Origin: Vicugna vicugna
Taxonomy: Eukaryota
DNA: 64,000 nt
NCBI GenBank assembly: GCA_013265495.1
Contig: MU058337.1
Coordinates: 6,182,716-6,246,715 of the forward strand
Direction of reading: 5' to 3'
Shown: positions 54,576 through 64,000 of the stretch, piece after piece
Position numbering within the stretch: the stretch's first letter is position 1
Layout of the letters: every line of letters starts with the position of its first letter
Notes under the pieces: generated by a model
Databases searched by the model: none
The model's input: the letters and a program-made list of their open reading frames with translations, nothing else
Told to the model about the DNA's origin: nothing
Made by a program: the position numbers and the translations under genes

Positions 54576-56159
54576 CTGTGGACATAGACATGGGGGCTTG
54601 CTGCCAACACCCAGAGCCCTCCAGAACCCCCACCCACCCTGAAGGGGGCCAGGCCTCGGGGAGGAGGAAAGAAGGGAGAGAAGGGTCTGGCTCCCTTAAA
54701 CAAGGGAGATCACCTCTGTGGCAGAACTAAGACGAAATTAACCGCCTTTCCACCTGACAGTAGTGCTCATTTATTTTATGTTTTACTTTTCTTCCAGGCT
54801 GACACGCATTTCCTCAAATTTAAAACGAATTTGGGGTAGCATTCGTCCCTGTTTGCCTTTCTATAGGGCTTCTTGGATTCGCAGCTTCTAACAAGTTGGT
54901 ATCGCCATGGAGAAGCTGTTATTATGACAAAATATTTGGGGCATTATCAAAATCATACAGGCTGCTGGGCTGCTGTCGGCTTCTCTCTGGGGCCAGTAAG
55001 CAATTACATTTGGAGTTGCTATGTGTTGTTTAGGGACCGTGCTGTGGATAGTGACTGAGCCAGTATTTTTCATCCAAAATTCTGCAAGTTGAATTAACCG
55101 TAATTCTAGTCTCACTTCCAGTCTTTTAAAGACGAGTTGAGGAAGAGGTAAATATTAGAAATAAGGCAGCATCTAGCGATTGCAGAGAGACACAGGCTGG
55201 GGAGTGGGGGTGGGGACATCAGCAAAGGCTTTCAAAATCTCCCTGTTTAATTTTCTGGCGGTCCCTGCATCCTGTTGCCAGAATTCCAAATGCTTGGAGT
55301 CATTTAGAGGTGTGAGAACTCAAACATTGTTCCACTTGGAAAGGGGACCATTTAACGTTAAATTCCATTAGCACCTAAATTGTTTTTTAAAGACATCCGC
55401 TCAGACACAGGACTCGAAGGCGAGCATTTCATGCAAATAAATTTCTCAAATTTTAAACCTTGTTAAAAGCTTGTCTCGCACCTCGGCTCCCTCCCTTCCC
55501 GGAAGAGAACAATAGGCCGCTGGCGCATCCCCACTTCGGAGTAAATATTGACGGGGGAAGTTGCTAAAACATTTGGCTTTCTTTTAGGAAATCGTCTGGC
55601 ACGATTTTGGCTGGGACCTGGTCATAGATGAATAATCTATGAGGCGAGAGGCGCGTTCTTTCTCGGCGCTCTCTTCTCACGCGATTGCCCCGCGGGGCCG
55701 CGCTGCCGCGGGCTCTCAGTGACCCGGTTGTCGGACCAAGTTTGGAACAGCAAACCCTCTGGTACCCATTAGAGAATTTCACAGACTGCTGCGAACCCGC
55801 CGTAAAGCCCCGAGACCCACCTCGAGATGGACCTTAAAAATACTTTAAAAACGGTAAATGCTGTACAGCTTCGGCTCACACCAGACTCATTGAATGGGAA
55901 ACAGTCTGGGTAAGAACATTCGGACCCCGAGTAAAAGAAGTGGGAAAACACAAGCCACTCAAAAGCAGGCGCACACACACGGAGCAGAAAAGCACATTCA
56001 AACAAGCTGGCAAAATCCTCTCTAGGCTCGATTCCCGGGCACCGAGTTGAAGAGCAGTTTTATTTTGTGCTTTCCATTTAGAACGGAAATTATTAACCGG
56101 GGCTGAGCAAACGAAGCAATTGCATCACCTAAAGCATACATTTGATGTTACACTGATCA

Positions 56160-58900
<2,741 letters not shown>

Positions 58901-61900
58901 GCAGCCTCCCGCTTCTCCCTTGCGCGCCTGGCATTGTGGCTCCACAGCCGCAGGCCGCGGCGCCCCTCGAAGCCGGGCGGCCGGCCTAGCCCGGCCCCGA
59001 GCTGCAGGGTCACAGCGCCCTTGTCCAGGCCTGGAGGGGACGCACCCTGCGCTCGCGCCCTTCTGCAGAGGCCACCTACTCCCCAGGGACCCGAGCCACT
59101 CCCGGCCGGCACCGAAAGCGGGCACCCCTGGTTGCTCGAGAATATGGCTTGCAACCGGCCGCGGGGCAGGAGGTTCTCTGCGCCAGGACTCAACAGGCCC
59201 GGGCTCCGGCCGGGAGGGCGCCATGGGGAGCCGCCCCGGGACCGCTTGGCACGCTCCTTGTCCGCGCCCCCCCGCACACACACACTTTGTCAACTTGTTC
59301 TATGATATTGAAAACACAGGTGCAGTATTGTGGGAGGCTAGAGAAAGCCAGACATGCCCCTTCCTCCCACTCTCTGGACACTCACCCAGACATCGCCCCT
59401 CCCCGGCCGTGGCCCCCACCCGCAGCTCGGCGCGCTCCGCTCCCCCCACCGCTCCCGTCCTGCTCTGATTACAGCAGTAAACACTGGGCAGCGGCCTCCG
59501 CGAGGGAGGGGGTTGTTTGGAAGTCGTTTAAAGACAGTGTCACCCTCGGGGTGGATGCCCAGAAGCCCGGGCCTCTGCCACGGTGGGGTGGGAAGTGTGG
59601 AGACGCCCGAGGCGCGCGGCCAAGCAAGACTCAGGCTGGAGTTTGGCGGAGGGTCAGGCTCAGAGCCTCCGGAGAAGAAATCTCCAGACTGGTAGGGCTT
59701 AAACCTTCCGTAAGATATTTATCACTCTTCTATGGTAGCGGGGACCGCCTCCCCCCAGGTGGTGGCGGGGCCGCGAGGCTGCTCCCTGTGCCGCGCGGGG
59801 CCTACCTCTCCGCCCTGGGGCTCCGGCCGCCCCCCAGGCCCAGGTTAGCCGCCGCGGACATTTCCTGCCCCGCCGCGGAAAGCTCGCGTTCCGGAGGTAA
59901 CGGATAGGGAACGGCGGGCCCGAAGGCTGCGGAGGTGTGAATGGAAGGCCTGAGGCCAGCGCCTTTCTTTGCCTAGCTGGGGTGGGGAACTGCCTTTCTT
60001 TCTTTCTTTCTTTACAAATCTCTGGGAGTTGAAATAAAATTCAAGTAAGAGAAAATAATCAACATGCATTTCAAAATTTCATGCTGAAATTAAATCAACA
60101 AAAACGCGGGAAGACAACTGTAGCTGGCGATCGCTGCAAGAACTGGGCTCTTTCGCGCCGGCACAGGCAGCCTCTTCCGGCTTAAGAGGGTCCCTGAAGG
60201 TCGGAGCTGGCCGCAGCCCCTTGTATAAGGGGACCTGTGCCCTCCCGTTGTCTCCCCCTTCCCTGCCCAGAGTCGGGGGGCACTGGGGAGGGAGAACGGG
60301 GCATGTTGTGTGAAAGCCCAGAGTTTGCCTGGACCTCGGGATTCTCGCCTTCTCTGAGAGGAAATGTTCTCCACACACCTCTCTGTGTAAGGGGGGAGGG
60401 GAGATGCAAATGCCTAGCTGCCCCCCACCCCCCCTTTAGCAGAGAGGGACCTGAAAGAGAGAGAAGGATTCCAGGCAGAAAGGCTGTCCTGCTACAGGGA
60501 ATCGATTAAAAAAAAAAAGTGTCCAGTGCACGACCTTTTACACTGGTTTGTTTTTTCATCACTTTATGGGGGGGGTGATTGGAAAAGCTTACTCCAAAAG
60601 TATTTCCAAAAAACTATTTTCTTAGAGACTGGTCGTGAGAATAGCACTTATGCCCATCCCCAAATCTCACTGCCCTTCCTTCTCTCAAGTCATCAGACTT
60701 CAGTTTTCCTTCCTTCCCACTTTGTCGCCCCCGCCGCACTCCTCTGCGCCTCTCCTCTTCTCCCCATCTTCTTCTTTCGCTTTGATTCCCCGTTTGCAGC
60801 GCCTGCGTTTCGGGCGGACGCTGCTGGACGCTGGCTGGGCTGGGCTCCGGAGGCCGCGCGCCGCTGGCTGGTGGGACGGACGACTAATTCCCCCCAGAGA
60901 CCCCGCGGGCTGGGCCCTCCTGGCTATTTCCCGACTCCAGTGCTCCTCTCCCTGCAGGACACAGAGGAGCTGAGCCAAGTTCAAAGTCACGTCGCCATCC
61001 CCTCTTAGAAGTGCTTTATTTGTCTACAAACCGCAAAACTCCTTTGCCTCAAGAGTTTTTTTGTTGTTGTTTTTATTGTTTCTTTAAAAGAAAAAAAAAG
61101 GAAGGAAGGAAAGGGAAGAGAGAGAAAGAGCAAGAAAGCAAGAGGGAGAAAAAACCCTGCAAAGGCCTTCAAAATCAGAATCGTTGCCTCAAAAGTACAT
61201 TTGCGCTCCTTGGCCGAAGGAAAAAAAAGCAGCCAAGCTGCTTTCCGCACCCTATGAGTGAATTCAGTTTTTCAACAGGTTTCTAGAAGGGCCCGCCAAA
61301 GCCGTATCAGACCCTCGGGACGCACAACTGTCTCCATCGGGCAAACAGGTTTCCCTCTTTGTAATTTCCCCAAAATTGTTCTTTGAAGATCACACGGAGC
61401 CTGCGCCCGGCCAGGCCAGCGAGACTCCAGGCTTTGCTGTATGTGGATGAGGGCCCTGCGTGGCGGGCCCCTGGGTGCCAGGGCTAGCGTCCCTTTCCTG
61501 GCAAGTGGAAGGAATGGCAGTGCCATAGCGAATTCTAGTTGTCTTAAAAGAAAAAAGAAAAGAAAAGAAAAGAAACCCACCTAGAAAAAATCCCTTCAAA
61601 CACTCACGCACATTCACTGACCACCTTGTTGTGGTCTGTGGGCCTCTGTGAACGGTTGACCGACTTCTTTTGTCGTATGATGATCATTTTTTGTACATAT
61701 ATGTATAAACAATGCAAATGCACAACAACATATTCTCACCTACACACAGAGGTATATCTTTTTGGCCAGGAGAAGTCAAAACCAAACAAGCAAACAAAAG
61801 TGATCTTTAAATTGGAAAACAGAAGCACTTGATCATACCACTCAAACCTTTAATTTTCCTCTTAAGAAAAGGGATGGAAATGGAGGAAGAGATGGGAGGA

Positions 61901-64000
61901 AAAAATGTGGAATCAGCTGTTTATATACACTGAACAAAAAAAAAAAGGGATTTCACAGGATTTCAGCTCTATCCTCTGAATCACAGACTCATAAATTCAA
62001 CAAGATCATCAACAGGATATTAAGTTGCAGGTCACCTTTGATTCAGCCCTCTCAGCCACTCCTGGGCTGGGCGACCCCTGACCCATGAAGGACCACATAT
62101 GTGGTGGGGAAGCCCCCCCTAAAACCCACCTAGAACAAAAGTTCTTTGTCAGAGGTTTAGAGAAGTGTAATGTAAAAGAAGGGGGAATCTGTAATGTAAA
62201 AGAAGGGGAAATCATGAAAATCTCATCCAATGTTGTAACTTTTAAATACCACTTTCAAGAAGGGGAAGATTTAGTGGAGGTGGGGAGTATATAGAATAAG
62301 GCCCTCTCTAGTCTCCTAAAAGAACTTCTCTTCTTCCTACAGTTAAAATTTACTGTTCTGTAACTGGGCTTATAAAAAGTCTCTGTATAAAATATATGTT
62401 CACCATCAGTATAGTGACAGCGATGCAAATGTTTGTGTATTTGTCATTAGGGACTTAGAAAAAAAATAGAAGCCAACATTTCTAGGTGACAGTGAGTGGT
62501 TATGTTTTTGCAAAAGGAAGAGGAGTCATTGTCCTTATTTTGTCTCCTTTCCTGACAGGTGAGTTTCTACTCCTGTAAAACAAAGCAAAAACAAAAACTC
62601 CCCCAAACAGGAGGCATTAACTTACATCAAAGTGTTTAATTATTTTGAGGGCAGTTATCCTTCTGGCTCTCAGGCGAACTACATTCAGGAGGGTGAATAC
62701 CGGTGACAGGCAAGCAGCTTTCCAATAAACTGCAGTATTATTGCAATAGACTTTGTAATACAATTTATGCTGTCATTCATAAATAACAATGCCATATGTC
62801 AACCATATTGCTTACACAAGTAAATCCATCAACGTGTCACTATTTGATTTATCTCAACAGCTTCTGCAAATATTGAAGTATAGATATTGGAAGGGGTATG
62901 GAGTGGGGGGGGGAACTACCCACAAAATTTGAGATTAAAAAGAAAAGCACAACCTCTGCTCCTCCTTTATCCCCCATCCAAAAACATCCTAAAAGATAAA
63001 GAATGAACAGGAGGAGGAGCACATCTTGGAGCCAATATAAAGAAGTAGTGGGTGGTTGCACAAGCTGTGAGCACATAAGGGAATTTGTGGTTCCTGTTTG
63101 GACCTTTGAAGCATATTTTAAAACACAACAATTAGGCATTTCCCAAGAAACTCCCAATCCTAATGGTCAAATGTGGGTCAAAGGCCATCCTCCTACAACC
63201 CCCATCTCTGAGGATAAAAATGATTGATAACCAAATGAGAATATATGATGACAGGTCAATTTTACTCAACTTAGTTTTTTAGTAGGGGGGAAGTGAAGAG
63301 AGCCATAATTTTTCAAGGGCTTTTAAGCACTAAGATCAGGTGGAAATGGGATGAGTCCAGTTCTTGACTATCCAAAACAAATCAACTGGAAGGTTTCAGT
63401 CACAGCCACATAACCCCAAACTTCTGGGTTTTTTAGAAGTCCAATGCACTATCCATTGTGCAACGGACCAAACTTCTGGGTTTTTTGTTTGGTTTTGTTT
63501 CTAATTCTCAGGAAATCCATGTACATGGGACAGGGATCAAAAACTTTAGCAAACTTTTGGTTACTCTTAGCTCACAGGTATCCTTAGAGTCTGAGGATTC
63601 AGCTCGAGTTCAGAAGCTTGGGAAGCAGAGGCAAATCACCAAGAAGCTCTGAGACCTGAAAGCTGGATGGCGATCGGACACCCAAGGCCTCAGGGCCGGG
63701 TCTTAGATTCCACAGAGTCAGATCGCAAGTGGAAGGGCTCGCTGGTGGAAACTGGTCCCTGCCGAGTGCAGAGTGCAAGCTGCCTAGTCGCCTAGTGAGC
63801 TTAATTTGGGAAAAGTCCTTGAACCCAATGTCCTCATCACTTCAGGCCACGACAAACTCAACTGAAACGCAGGTTTGTGGGCCCCTTGGCTCACCTCGCT
63901 CTGGCTTTAAAAAGGGCTCCACACCCCTCTTCCATTGTTTGCTAATAACCCTCCTCCTCCCAGTTGAGCGCCCACTGGCACCCTCGGGCTGGGCTGCATA

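Noticed and set aside
62553..62564. Consensus splice donor CAG|GTGAGT on the + strand as a lncRNA exon end
   Set aside because: A single motif with no supportable acceptor or transcript evidence.
63416..63486. Repeat-spacer-repeat as a CRISPR array
   Set aside because: Only two repeats, mammalian DNA, no cas genes.

Overview
Mammalian genomic DNA, very probably a camelid (alpaca, llama or camel), judged from about ten copies of a tRNA-derived SINE matching the camelid vic-1 type. The window has two halves. Positions 1 to ~41.5 kb are AT-rich and dense in transposons (L1, L2, MIR, MaLR/ERVL LTRs, hAT MERs, SINEs) and contain a processed asparagine synthetase (ASNS) pseudogene. Positions ~41.7-64 kb are nearly transposon-free and rich in CpG islands, and contain the complete three-exon ZIC2 gene on the minus strand with putative enhancers. 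I found no new multi-gene system. The best leads are: (1) a predicted 478-aa ZIC2 with a shortened C-terminal poly-Ala tract and no Gly/Ser tract, against 532 aa in human; (2) a SINE-SINE-L1 chimera inside one 15-bp target-site duplication (TSD); (3) an L2-containing segment captured inside the ASNS retrocopy; (4) an orphan 3'UTR-like retrocopy; (5) a dense Meis/Pbx-Hox motif cluster upstream of ZIC2. Repeat subfamily names and human comparisons are from memory and need RepeatMasker/BLAST confirmation.
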